Assembly: GCA_964291405.2 (NCBI GenBank)
Contig: OZ219926.1
Location: 3,488,001 to 3,552,000 of the forward strand
DNA: 64,000 nucleotides
Direction: 5' to 3'
Source of the DNA: Thermodesulfobacteriota bacterium
Lineage (GTDB): Bacteria > Desulfobacterota > Binatia > Bin18
This document shows, in pieces, positions 37,946-48,147 of this stretch (the stretch's first letter is position 1; every line of letters starts with the position of its first letter). The notes under the pieces were generated by a model, which made no database searches, was not told where the DNA came from, and saw only the letters and a program-made list of their open reading frames with translations. Made by a program: the position numbers and the translations under genes.

Positions 37946-38866
37946 TTACGACAGCGCGGCGTCGAGCGTTTCTACCGACGGAGCGAAGTAGAACGAACCG
38001 GAAGCCGGGTTGCTGTATGAGGTGAGCCGGTCGCGTTCCTGACCGTCCATGCCGTACATGGCCCGCATCCGCTCGCGAAGCGGGGCCTGGCTCTTACAGA
38101 AGGCCATGAAGTACAGGCCAACCGTGCCATCGTGGAAGGCATACGGGGTCGAGCGGCGCGAAATCTCATCCCGCTTGGGAGTGCTGTCGTCACCGGTTTT
38201 GCCCTCTCTCAGCTCGACATGCGAGAGGTGGGAGGGAGAGGGTTGGGGGGACAGGCGGGTTGAGTCGGCCTTGGTCCGGCCAAAGACTTTTTCCTGCTCT
38301 TCAACGGGCAGGAGGTTGAAGGCTTCCAGGTCATGAATCCATCGCTGGGCAATGATGAAGCTCCCGCCTGCGCCCGGCTCGCCATCCGGAACGACGGCGA
38401 CTTCAACATCCCGCTCGGGCTCGGGGTTACCGGTGCCATCTTTGAAGCCGGACAGGTCGAGCGAGTCGCCAAAGATGAAGGTCATGGTCTCACGGGCTAC
38501 CCGCATATGCCCCTTCAGAGCTTCCCTGGCATCCCACTGGGCTTTCCAGACTTCGTCCTTTTTTTCGCTGTTCAGCCAAAAAAGGAGTTCTTCCTGGGTG
38601 CCCTTGGCTTCCTTGCCACTGCCGTCAATCGACTGGAACGTTTCGTAGGGCTGGAAATCGTTGGGCACGTCGTCCGTAAGGTCTGAGAGGAGTGATGGTC
38701 CGAGGCCGATGGTCAGATTGATACCTTTGTCGGCACAGTCTTTGCGCAACTGCTGGACCGCAGATTTGATCACACCCATATCAGCGCCATCTAGGCGACT
38801 GAGATGGACATACCACTGATGCTGGCCCATGTTTCTATTGAGAACTGCTGGTTGTGGTGTTGCCAT
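37946..38866 (-). CDS. Dyp-type peroxidase
   Basis: DLSGFKDGTGNP, GGSFIIAQRWIHD, FGRTK, SHLSH, RRSTPY, FYFAPS. Confidence 0.88.
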   Translation of the reverse strand: MATPQPAVLNRNMGQHQWYVHLSRLDGADMGVIKSAVQQLRKDCADKGINLTIGLGPSLLSDLTDDVPNDFQPYETFQSIDGSGKEAKGTQEELLFWLNSEKKDEVWKAQWDAREALKGHMRVARETMTFIFGDSLDLSGFKDGTGNPEPERDVEVAVVPDGEPGAGGSFIIAQRWIHDLEAFNLLPVEEQEKVFGRTKADSTRLSPQPSPSHLSHVELREGKTGDDSTPKRDEISRRSTPYAFHDGTVGLYFMAFCKSQAPLRERMRAMYGMDGQERDRLTSYSNPASGSFYFAPSVETLDAALS

Positions 38867-39030
38867 AAGGCCCTCCTTGCCTCCAAATTATTAGGAATGA
38901 ATATGCAGCCGTCTTATCTGAGAGCAATCAGGGCTGTCAAGGGATTCGATGCTTCTCAAGCCTGCCTCTTGCGTGTGAAGCGGCGAGTCTTTACAAGAAA
39001 ATGAACATTCACTCAGGAGAGGGGGGTCGA

Positions 39031-40296
39031 ATGCGAATAAGAAACCGGAGCGTTCTTTTCCTCACCGGCATACTGAGCCTGGTGGGGCTATTGTCGACAG
39101 GCGTGTATGCCCAGGACGGAGACCAGCAACTGCTGGACGGCTTTCTGCCGTACCGCAATGGCAGCCCGCAGATTGACGGCATAACACCTGGCATGACGCT
39201 GACCAAAGAGAATGTGCAGGTTGCCGAAAAGGTGTTGCCGCCGGAGATTGTCCGCGTGGTCCAAGCCGGAGATTTTGAGATTCCCGTCCAGGCGACAACG
39301 GACTTTCCTATCCTTGAGGCCTATATGCAGGCGTCGATCGAACACGCCGGCCAAACCCAACTCGACGCCAACGGAGAACTCCAGAACTACACGCTTGGCC
39401 AGCCTTTTCCCCTGATTGATCCGGCCGACCCGCAAGCCGGGCTCAAAGCCGCCTGGAATTACCGCATGCGCTATATGGGTGATACCATGACAACCCAAGG
39501 CGTCCTGCGTACGGTCAACAGTAGCGGCAATACCGAACGTGCGGTGGACACTCTCTATTCGCGCATGTACGGCATGTTCCGTCCGGACCCGGCGCGCAAT
39601 GTAGCGAAGTGGGAAAAGGAGGGGACCTGGTGGCGAGAACACTCGATTGTTATGAGCCCCCAGGACCTTGAAGGGGCCCAGAGTCTCACCTTTCATTACG
39701 CGGCGGACATGACCAACCAAAAGGGGTGGGCCTACGACCCGCAGAGTCGCCGCACGCGGAGCATTGTCGTGAATCATCAGTCGTCCTCATTCGAAGCGAA
39801 TTTTCTCATCGAAGATCATGCCGGTTTTCAGGGTTATCTCCGCAATTACACCTGGAAATATCTGGGCGAGCAGGTGATGCTGATGCCGGGCTTCGTCGGA
39901 GGAAACCCCCCGGAGTATGGGGGCAAAGGCGGCTGGTATCCCCAGTCGCCGTGGGAGTTGCGTCAGGTCGTCGTTCTGGAAGCCACCTCCAACGATGCCA
40001 GCCATCCGTACGGCATGCGGCGCTTTTATATTGACCGGCAGATTTATTCGGTCTTTTGCGTTGTCGTGTATGACCGTGAGGGCAATCATTGGCGGACCTT
40101 GTTTCACACGTTTGGCGACCCGGCCGACGATCCGGACAACGCCGAGGTAAAGGGTACGCATCTTCACTTGGGCAATGTGTGGATTGACTACAAAAGCAAT
40201 CGTGCCGCCCTGTGGACCGCCGACGAAATCCTGATCAACAAGCCGCTCAAGCCCAGAAAGTTCACGGTTAAAGAGATGGTCCGTTTGGGGAAGTGA
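39031..40296 (+). CDS. DUF1329 family exported protein
   Basis: Signal peptide; PFPLIDP.DP.AG.K.AWN, WAYDPQSRRTR, HPYG.RRFYID, YDREGNHWR. Confidence 0.82.
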   Translation: MRIRNRSVLFLTGILSLVGLLSTGVYAQDGDQQLLDGFLPYRNGSPQIDGITPGMTLTKENVQVAEKVLPPEIVRVVQAGDFEIPVQATTDFPILEAYMQASIEHAGQTQLDANGELQNYTLGQPFPLIDPADPQAGLKAAWNYRMRYMGDTMTTQGVLRTVNSSGNTERAVDTLYSRMYGMFRPDPARNVAKWEKEGTWWREHSIVMSPQDLEGAQSLTFHYAADMTNQKGWAYDPQSRRTRSIVVNHQSSSFEANFLIEDHAGFQGYLRNYTWKYLGEQVMLMPGFVGGNPPEYGGKGGWYPQSPWELRQVVVLEATSNDASHPYGMRRFYIDRQIYSVFCVVVYDREGNHWRTLFHTFGDPADDPDNAEVKGTHLHLGNVWIDYKSNRAALWTADEILINKPLKPRKFTVKEMVRLGK

Positions 40297-40312
40297 AGCC
40301 TAGCTCCCAGCT

Positions 40313-42142
40313 ATGAGGCACAGCGTGCAGGGTCGACAAGCAGCGACGAATAAGCGCACTTCATCGTGCCTGAGACAGGCCGGGCTGTTGTGCGTTCGTA
40401 GCTTGGTCGTTGGTCTAGTGCTCTGGCCGGCCCTGCTGCACGCTCGCTTTCTGGACGAGTCCCAAACGCTGCGCTTTAACGGCCGGGTGTATAACCGGAC
40501 GGCCATGGCCGTGGAGAACGCGGGTGGAAATACTCGTCTCCAGACGCCGTACAATTCCTTCAATATGCTCCAGAACCGCTCCTTCATCCAAGCCGAATTG
40601 CGACATGATCTGGTGGACCTGGTTGAGGGCAGCTATGAGGGCACTCTTAGCGCGCTGGCGCCTCTGTTCAAGCCGCTTCAGTGGCTCCAGCTTGAAGACA
40701 TCAGTTATTTCATCACCTATCGGGGGGAGTACGACGGCGTCTGGGACTACGGACCCGACGTGTTTCGCGAGCGTTTTCCCCTGCACTCCAACTGTGGTCA
40801 GCCCAGCAAACAAAAGCGGACCAGTCCGCGTCAGTTTGCCGGCTGCTCGCGCGTCAACTCGCGCCGCAGCTTGCGTATGCGTCATCGGCTGTTTGAAGCC
40901 TATGTTGACCTGTCGTGGGAGTTTCTCTTTTTACGCATTGGACGCCAAAACCTGTCCTGGGGAGAGACCGACGCCTTTCGACTCCTGGATCAGATCAATC
41001 CGCTCGACGCCAGCTTTGGCGGCTTCCTCGTCTCCCTGGATGACCGACGCGTGCCCCTGGACATGGTGCGGGCCGTATACAGCTTTGAGGATGTCGGCCC
41101 CTTTTCCGAGCTCAACATTGAGGGCTACGGCGCCTTTGATAAGAATATCTCCAGCCCGGTGCCGGTTGGTTCCCCTTGGTCAACCCCGAACCCGCCGGGG
41201 ATGCGCAGTGTCGTCAAAAAGCCGGCCCAGAATTTCAAGGACACCCGGGGCGGCTTTCGCGTCACCGCCCGAATCGGTGAGCTGACGCTCTCTGCGGCGC
41301 ATTACTACACGTTTCTGGATGCGCCCGAGGTGCGCATTGTCACGCCCAGGAATCGTCCCCCGATCAGTCTGGCGGCGTTTGAGCAGGCGGTCAACGCCGG
41401 GCTGGCCTCTCAATTTATCGTTGATAACTTTCAGGCCAATGTGCTGTATCCGAAAATTGCGATTTCCGGCCTGACCGCCTCCTTCCCCGTGCCGAAGTGG
41501 TACGCGATCATTCGCAGCGAGGCGGCTGTTTTCTGGGACGAGCCGTTCTTTAAGAACTCCGGTGCTACCCACCTCCTCGGACCGGTCCTCTCCGACGGCC
41601 AGATCACACCCGGCTATCGTCAGGTCGGGATCGATCCCCTCACTGGCTCGCCGCTGCTGTCGTATGAGAACGATATTGCCCACTCACACGTTGTGCGCTG
41701 GGTGCTGGGCATCGATATCAATCGCTATATTCGTGCCCTCAATCCCCAGCAGTCTTTTATTATCAGCGGGCAGATGTTCGGTACGCATATCGTCGATTTC
41801 AACGACACCTCGCTGGCGTCAGCCGGGCCGTACGGTTTTGGTCATTTTGCGATTCCGGTGAGCGAGCCGAGCCGCCAGAACCGCTCCCTGGTCAATATCG
41901 ATCAACACCAGTTTGTGAATACGCTGAGTATCTCGACCTCCTTCCGCTCCGGGGTGATTAAACCCCAACTGGTCTTCTTCTACGACTGGCAGGGCTCCTG
42001 GCTCGTCCAGCCGGGGATTACGCTGACGCGGGACCCGTTTCGACTGACGCTCCAGTACAACTACCTCGATGGCCAGTACAATGGTATCGGCTTGCTGCGG
42101 GACCGGGACAATCTGATTACGCAGCTTGAGGTGGTGTTCTAG
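40313..42142 (+). CDS. DUF1302 family outer-membrane beta-barrel protein
   Basis: EAYVD, RIGRQNLSWGETD.FRLLD.INP.D, C-terminal RDRDN...VF; follows DUF1329. Start uncertain. Confidence 0.78.
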   Translation: MRHSVQGRQAATNKRTSSCLRQAGLLCVRSLVVGLVLWPALLHARFLDESQTLRFNGRVYNRTAMAVENAGGNTRLQTPYNSFNMLQNRSFIQAELRHDLVDLVEGSYEGTLSALAPLFKPLQWLQLEDISYFITYRGEYDGVWDYGPDVFRERFPLHSNCGQPSKQKRTSPRQFAGCSRVNSRRSLRMRHRLFEAYVDLSWEFLFLRIGRQNLSWGETDAFRLLDQINPLDASFGGFLVSLDDRRVPLDMVRAVYSFEDVGPFSELNIEGYGAFDKNISSPVPVGSPWSTPNPPGMRSVVKKPAQNFKDTRGGFRVTARIGELTLSAAHYYTFLDAPEVRIVTPRNRPPISLAAFEQAVNAGLASQFIVDNFQANVLYPKIAISGLTASFPVPKWYAIIRSEAAVFWDEPFFKNSGATHLLGPVLSDGQITPGYRQVGIDPLTGSPLLSYENDIAHSHVVRWVLGIDINRYIRALNPQQSFIISGQMFGTHIVDFNDTSLASAGPYGFGHFAIPVSEPSRQNRSLVNIDQHQFVNTLSISTSFRSGVIKPQLVFFYDWQGSWLVQPGITLTRDPFRLTLQYNYLDGQYNGIGLLRDRDNLITQLEVVF

Positions 42143-43484
42143 TCCGGAGCGCGGCGATGAGATCGTCTTCACTCAGCGCTTGCTGCTCCCCGGTTGCCAG
42201 GTTCTTCAAGGTATAGCGCTGGCGTTCAACCTCGTCAGGTCCGAGAATGAGCGCATGGGGAATCTGCTGGGCGTCTGCGGCGGAGAGCTGGCGCTTGAGT
42301 CTGCTCTGTTCCGGATAGACCTCGACCGTAATGCCTGCCTGTCGCAGGCGCGAGGCCAGTCCGACCGCCGGTGGCAGCGGGGCATCGGGCAGGATGCAGA
42401 CCATCACCTGGGCGGTCAATTGCAGGGCCGGAAACATCTGCCGCTCTTCCATTAAGAGCAGGATACGTTCCAAACCGAGGGAAAAGCCGACCGCCGGAAC
42501 CTGCTTGTTGCTGAACATGCCAACCAGGTTGTCGTAGCGTCCGCCGCCGCCTAAGGAGCCGCTGAAGTCGGTTGAGACAACCTCAAAGATAGGACCGGTA
42601 TAATAGCTCAGACCCCGTGCCAGCGCCGGGGCCAGGCGGATATGCGAACCTGCTGGGGCCTCCATGGTTAAGGCCACAAGCGTTTCAAGATCCTTGAGCG
42701 CCTGCTGTGCCTCGGGCTGCAATAACTGTCCGCGCAAGGCTTCTAATACGGCGTGGTTGCTCATCTTCGGGGTGCTCGTTGTCATGGCGAGCAGACGTTG
42801 GGCCGAATCTGGAGCAATGCCGCGTTGCGTGAGTTCTGCCTGCACGCCGTCAACACCGATTTTATCCAGCTTATCAATGGCGATCAGAGCGGAACCCTCA
42901 AGATTGGGGTCAATACCGGCCGCCCCGATCATACTGCGTAGAACCACCCGGTGGTTGAGCGCAATGGAGAAGTTGGAAAAGCCGAGCTCAAGCAGCGCGC
43001 CGCTGACCGCGTTCATCACCTCCGCTTCGGCCAGCAGCGACGTGGTGCCGGTCAGATCAACATCACACTGATAAAACTCACGAAAGCGGCCTTTCGCCGG
43101 CCGGTCCGCCCGCCAGACAGGCTGAATCTGGTAGCGCTTGAATACCCTGGGAAGGCTGTTGCCGTACTGGGCCACGACGCGAGCCAGCGGAACGGTGAGA
43201 TCGTAACGCAGCCCCAACTCGGCCAGGTCTCCGGCTTCGGGGGTCGGTTTTTCCAGGGCTCGCGTGAGTTTGTCGCCCCGGTGGAGGAGACGGAAGAGGA
43301 GTTGGTCGCCCTCCTCGCCATACTTGCCTAACAGCGTGGTCAGATTCTCGATGGCCGGCGTTTCAAGGGGCAGAAAACCGTAGCGCTGAAAGACGTTCTC
43401 AATCTTCGACACAACGTAGCGTCGTTTTGCCACGGTCTCAGGTAAGTAATCTCGCGTGCCGCTCGGCGGCTTGGTACTCGGCAT
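42117..43484 (-). CDS. hisS: Histidine--tRNA ligase
   Basis: PSGTRDY, ETP, LRYDLTVP.AR, WRADRP.KGRFREFYQCDVD, LARGLSYYTG, GGGRYD, GFSLGLER. 3' end overlaps the DUF1302 gene by 26 bp. Confidence 0.95.
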   Translation of the reverse strand: MPSTKPPSGTRDYLPETVAKRRYVVSKIENVFQRYGFLPLETPAIENLTTLLGKYGEEGDQLLFRLLHRGDKLTRALEKPTPEAGDLAELGLRYDLTVPLARVVAQYGNSLPRVFKRYQIQPVWRADRPAKGRFREFYQCDVDLTGTTSLLAEAEVMNAVSGALLELGFSNFSIALNHRVVLRSMIGAAGIDPNLEGSALIAIDKLDKIGVDGVQAELTQRGIAPDSAQRLLAMTTSTPKMSNHAVLEALRGQLLQPEAQQALKDLETLVALTMEAPAGSHIRLAPALARGLSYYTGPIFEVVSTDFSGSLGGGGRYDNLVGMFSNKQVPAVGFSLGLERILLLMEERQMFPALQLTAQVMVCILPDAPLPPAVGLASRLRQAGITVEVYPEQSRLKRQLSAADAQQIPHALILGPDEVERQRYTLKNLATGEQQALSEDDLIAALRTRTPPQAA

Positions 43485-43578
43485 ATGCGAACCTCGAACA
43501 GGGTGATACCGGAGTGTATCCGTTCCGAAGAGAACTGTCAGGGCCGTAGGTCGAGTGAGCGGAGTATCCTCCGACTCC

Positions 43579-45516
43579 TTATCCCTGGGCTGCTGCCTGG
43601 AGGGCTGCACGGCCCGTATCGGACAGGGAGAGACGCCGCTCCCAGATGCCGTGACTGCGCACCTGGCCAAGTCGTTCCAAGCGACTGACGACCACGCCGA
43701 GCGTCGAGGCGTTCGCCTCAATCGCTCGGCCCAAGGTCCGCAACGTCTGCGGACCGCTTTCAATCTGTCTGAGGATTTGGAGCTCAATGGTGGGGACCGA
43801 AGAGCGGGGCGGTCCAACCGCTCCGTGCTCTTCACTTCTCTCCCAGTGTTGCACTCCCTGGGGAGTGAGCCCTAGGGTAAAAAAGTCCGGGCCTGATTGC
43901 GCCTGCCGCCGGACCAGACCCGCGGCTATCAGTTCATCGATTAAGCGGTTCCCGCGCGCGGTGTCTATGCCGAGAAAATCAGTCAACTCGACCATCTGTC
44001 CATAGCCGTTGTGTAACAGGTCCAGGAGTCGCATATGCTCGGCAGTGAGGACGGAGGGCTCCTGGCCGGCCTCGGAGCGACTGTCCTGCTGGATTGCCGG
44101 TCGTGAGGTTGCCAGCGAGATCAGAACGATCAAGGGCAGGGTGGTAAGGGTTCCGATAAGAACCGTATGCGTTGACCACGCGGTTACGCCAGTCAGTTGT
44201 AACCCCTCGTAGACCAGCATGACGACCATCCCGATGAGCGTCCCCCAAAATGCTCCGGTTGCGTTTATTCGCGGCCAGCGATGCCCGAGCAAAAAGATCA
44301 GTGCTGCCGGGCCCAACATCGCGCAGCTAATGGCCAGCAAAAAATAGGGTCCGCCGGGGTAAAAACTGAGCAGCCAAATGCCGCCCCCGGTGACGACGGT
44401 GAGAATCCGGCTGATACGCAAGACCTGCTCCCGTGTTGCCTCCGGATGCAGAAAGCGTTGATACAGGTCACGCACCAGGGTCGAGGTAATCCCCAGGTGA
44501 GCGTTGCTGGTGGTTGAGATAGTCGCCGCCAAGGCCGCTACCAAGCCGAAGAGCGCCACCCCTGAGGGGAGGTCGCGCATCAGCATGCCATAGGCGCTCA
44601 TGGGGTTGGCCTCACCCAGAAAGTCTTGACGATACACGCTCCCCGCGTACAGTCCGAGCAGGCCCAACGCCCCGTGGACAACCAGGACGACCACGACTCC
44701 GCCAATCAGATATTGCCAGCGGGCGACAAACTCGGTGCGGGCGGCCGCGGCGCGCAGCCAGTAGTAGTTACCGCCCCACTGAATGAACATGCCGACCACC
44801 AGGGAGACGGTGATAATGCTGGGATAGCTCAGGCGTAACCACGGAAACGTCCCTGCCGTTCCCTGGGTCAACGGAGCCGGGGAAACGAACTGGGCTTGAA
44901 TCATATCCCAGCCACCAAATGTCCACGCACAGTAGCCGACCAGCGCCGGCAGGAGGATAAAGCCCAGAATGACCTGTACGACATCGGTCAGGGTCAGCGC
45001 CCACAGGCCACCGAGCAGGAGAAACATGACGTGACCACCGAGAATAAGCGTCACCATCAGCCACAGCGGAGCCTCAAGAAAGCCGGTCATAATCAGCGCC
45101 ATAGCAATGACATTCATGGCGACCAGGCCGGTCACACCGAGGACGGTGGCAATGCTGACGACCAGGCGGGTGCGTGCATCAAAGCGCATCTCCAGCCACT
45201 CCGGTAGCGTGTAGGCCCCGGAGCGACGGACATACGGACAGGCCAGCAGACCGTATATCCAATAGCCGATAACCGCCGGCAGACTAATACCCCACACCCA
45301 GCCAAAAAAGCCGTACTGAATGGTCAGGCCCGGAATAATGCTGGTCACGCTGCCGGCAAACGCGATCCCACAGATCCCGGCAATGCCGGGGAGCAGACTG
45401 ACCTGGCGGCCGGCCAGCAAATAATCGGCATCGGTCGAAACCCAGCGTTTGGCATACCAGCCCAGAGACCAGAGCAGAGCGATCAAGATGAGAACGGACA
45501 GGACGGATATCAGCAC
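43579..45516 (-). CDS. Sodium:solute symporter fused to two C-terminal winged-HTH-like domains
   Basis: SSS motifs DYLLAGR, TLPEWLEMRFD, GG..A...TDVVQ, LAATIST, RDLY; ~170-aa soluble tail with two MarR-like units; GTG start after GGAGG. Confidence 0.85.
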   Translation of the reverse strand: MLISVLSVLILIALLWSLGWYAKRWVSTDADYLLAGRQVSLLPGIAGICGIAFAGSVTSIIPGLTIQYGFFGWVWGISLPAVIGYWIYGLLACPYVRRSGAYTLPEWLEMRFDARTRLVVSIATVLGVTGLVAMNVIAMALIMTGFLEAPLWLMVTLILGGHVMFLLLGGLWALTLTDVVQVILGFILLPALVGYCAWTFGGWDMIQAQFVSPAPLTQGTAGTFPWLRLSYPSIITVSLVVGMFIQWGGNYYWLRAAAARTEFVARWQYLIGGVVVVLVVHGALGLLGLYAGSVYRQDFLGEANPMSAYGMLMRDLPSGVALFGLVAALAATISTTSNAHLGITSTLVRDLYQRFLHPEATREQVLRISRILTVVTGGGIWLLSFYPGGPYFLLAISCAMLGPAALIFLLGHRWPRINATGAFWGTLIGMVVMLVYEGLQLTGVTAWSTHTVLIGTLTTLPLIVLISLATSRPAIQQDSRSEAGQEPSVLTAEHMRLLDLLHNGYGQMVELTDFLGIDTARGNRLIDELIAAGLVRRQAQSGPDFFTLGLTPQGVQHWERSEEHGAVGPPRSSVPTIELQILRQIESGPQTLRTLGRAIEANASTLGVVVSRLERLGQVRSHGIWERRLSLSDTGRAALQAAAQG

Positions 45517-45681
45517 GGACTCCCTCCTTTGCCTGTCCTGATAGCTGAAGAATGCCACTGGAAACAAGGCAGGCGGATTCCCCGTGTCGGCCGTTCAGCC
45601 CTGAAGATTCTGCGAATTGGGTTGAATATTTGCCCCTGACCCAATAATGAGACTCTAGCGCGAAAAAGAAGGGAGAATACC

Positions 45682-46727
45682 ATGGCTCAGTATGTCTACG
45701 CTGGAGCATCGCAGTTTTCCACCAACGGACAGACCGCCCCAAGCAGTGGTTTGTGTCGTCAAAGAGTCGGAGAAACGGAGTGGCAGATTTTGAGCCAGGG
45801 CCTCCCGGAGCGGGCCGAGATTCGGGCCATTCTTGTCCATCCTGATAATCCGCATCTATTATACGTCGGTACCCAGCACGGGCCGTACCGCAGCACAGAC
45901 GGCGGGGCGCATTGGGAGGAGCTGGATTTTCCGGATACCGGGATGGCGGTCTGGTCGCTGCTGTTTCGCCCGAATGATCCTCAGGTCGTATATTGCGGTA
46001 CCGCACCGGCGGCCATCTATCGGAGCGAAAACGGTGGCGACACCTGGAAACGCCTGACCTTTGCCCAGCCGTCCGGCATGGTTGAAATGGGCTTTCCGTG
46101 TCGCATTATCGGCCTGGCGGCCGATCCGAATGATCCGGATGCGGTGTACGCCGGCCTGGAGGTCGGCGGAATCATCCGCAGTAAAGATGGCGGCGACACC
46201 TGGGAGGACTGTAGTCAAGCGCTAATTCAGTTTGCCGAGCAGGATTATTTGAAGAGTCGTATTCTGAGCAACACCGATGCCGAGGGTATGATGGACACCC
46301 ACGCTCTGGTGCTGAGTGCCGCGCAGCCGGGTAGCGTCTTTCTCGCCACGCGCATGGGTCTGTTCCAAAGCCCGGATCAGGGTCAGACCTGGGCGGATAT
46401 GGAAATCTGGCGTTCTTCGCCGTTGGCGTACGCGCGTGATATCCAGGTCGCTCCTGGTGACCCCAATACACTCTACGCCGCGCTGAGTCCGGGAGCACTC
46501 ACCCTGAACGGCTCCGTCTATCGCAGCCCGGACCTGGGTCAGACCTGGCAGCGCTTTGACCATGATATCTCCCCCCGGAGCACCATGATGACCGTCGCCC
46601 TCAGCCGCCAGGCCCCGCAACTCGTATACTGTGGCACGCGGGAGGGCCAGGTGACGGCGGTACGGCCTGGAGCGAGTCCGCGCTGCCGGACGGATGTCAG
46701 AACGTCTATACCCTGGCGTGCGGATAA
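45682..46727 (+). CDS. BNR/Asp-box beta-propeller protein (YCF48/sialidase-like), frameshift near 46652
   Basis: Repeated S.DGG.(T/H)W motifs. The last repeat DGGTAWSESALP...LACG* is in a shifted frame ending at 46727. Confidence 0.82.
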
Positions 46728-46762
46728 CGGCCGTTGCGGATTGATTGAAACCCGCCGCTACG

Positions 46763-46868
46763 CTCCTCTTGAGTGGGGTGAAGCGTAGCGGTGGAGTGGC
46801 TTTTGTCAGGTCGAGAAGCAGGAATCCATCCTGGTCTACAGCCGCCCCTCCCTACTGAGGATGGGATA
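46763..46868 (+). repeat. Diverged ~100-bp REP-like element
   Basis: Aligns by eye to the reverse complement of 48613-48707 (ctcc.cttgag, cgtag.gg.ggag, ggtcgag, ggaa.cca.cc.gg.ct.c.gcc.cccctcc). Confidence 0.65.
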
Positions 46869-46979
46869 TGGACCGGTCGGGACAAGAGCCTCAAAACCCT
46901 TGCCCGAGCGAACCGTGTAGGCTAAAAATGATACTTCCACGCTTCAGTTCACAACACGCAAAAACGGAGGGAATGCAGA

Positions 46980-48137
46980 ATGACCGCAAACGGAAAGTTT
47001 CCCTATAGCGGAACGGTTGATGCCGACGGACACATTCTTGAGCCACCTGATACCTGGGAGAAGTATATTGATCCAAGATATAAGGACCGGGCAATCCGTC
47101 TGCATACCAATGAAGATGGGTTGGAGGTCCTGGAACTGGATGGACGACCTGCGAAGTATTCCCAGCCGGGACAATTGGCCCAGTTCGGAGCGATGGGAAA
47201 AAAATCGGAAGAAGAAACCGCGCCCCATCCGGACCGTACCTATGTGGGCGAGGCGCCCTTTGGCTCGATGTATCCCAAAGAGCGGCTGGCCCGTATGGAT
47301 CAAGAGGGCTTGGAAAAGGCCATTATCTATCCGAGTCTTGGCCTCTTATGGGAAACCGAAGAGGTTGAAGGCCTTGATCTCCAGGCGGCCTACGCCGAGG
47401 CGTATAATCGCTGGGTGGTTGATTTCTGCTCTGACTCCGATGGCCGGCTGATCCCGATTGCCCATATCTCAATGGGAGATGGGAATGTGGCGGCCCAGGA
47501 ACTGGAACGGGCAGTACGCGCCGGAGCCAAAGGCGCGTTCTTCGTGCCGTTCACGCCGACCAATAAATCTCACGCCCACCCGGACTACGACCCGTTCTGG
47601 GCCAAGGCCCAGGAGTTGGACGTCCCGGTCGGTATTCACCCGAGCGGTGAACCGCCCTCCAAGCGGGTGCACCAACGCTTCAAGGATATGCAGAAATGGG
47701 CGTTGTGGCACTACAATGTGCACGGCGCGCAGGGGCCGCTCCAGGCCTTTACGGCGATGTTCCAGTACGGCCTGTTTGAGCGTTTCCCCAAGATCAAAAT
47801 TGTAGTGCTGGAATCGGGCGCGGGCTGGGCCGGCTATCTGCTCAACCGCATGGATGCGGTGTTCGACAGCCCCTTGGGCGACACCGTCAAGCTCAAGGAA
47901 AAACCCAGCTATTACTTTCATCGCAACTGCTGGATTTCCGGCGACCCGGACGAAAAAGCCTTTGGTCATGTGGTGGACTTCGTAGGCGCAGACAAATTCT
48001 TCTGGGCCTCTGACTTTCCGCACCCCGACCATCCGGACAACTATATGGACGAGTTGGTCGAACTGGTTGATCCCATGTCTGAGGCAACACGGCAGAAGGT
48101 CATCGGCCAGAACGCGGCGCAGGTGTACGGGCTGTAG
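46980..48137 (+). CDS. Amidohydrolase family 2 protein
   Basis: VDADGHILEP, YPSLG, AYNRW, GLFERFP, WASDFPH. Confidence 0.9.
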   Translation: MTANGKFPYSGTVDADGHILEPPDTWEKYIDPRYKDRAIRLHTNEDGLEVLELDGRPAKYSQPGQLAQFGAMGKKSEEETAPHPDRTYVGEAPFGSMYPKERLARMDQEGLEKAIIYPSLGLLWETEEVEGLDLQAAYAEAYNRWVVDFCSDSDGRLIPIAHISMGDGNVAAQELERAVRAGAKGAFFVPFTPTNKSHAHPDYDPFWAKAQELDVPVGIHPSGEPPSKRVHQRFKDMQKWALWHYNVHGAQGPLQAFTAMFQYGLFERFPKIKIVVLESGAGWAGYLLNRMDAVFDSPLGDTVKLKEKPSYYFHRNCWISGDPDEKAFGHVVDFVGADKFFWASDFPHPDHPDNYMDELVELVDPMSEATRQKVIGQNAAQVYGL

Positions 48138-48147
48138 AGGGAAGGCG

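Noticed and set aside
42117-43835. N-terminally extended HisS (572 aa)
   Set aside because: The extension overlaps the symporter gene; homology starts at MPSTKPPSGTRD (43484).
45520-45630. Riboswitch in the symporter leader (tcttcagggc resembles the start of an FMN aptamer)
   Set aside because: The downstream conserved FMN or ykkC blocks could not be found by eye; an Rfam scan would settle it.
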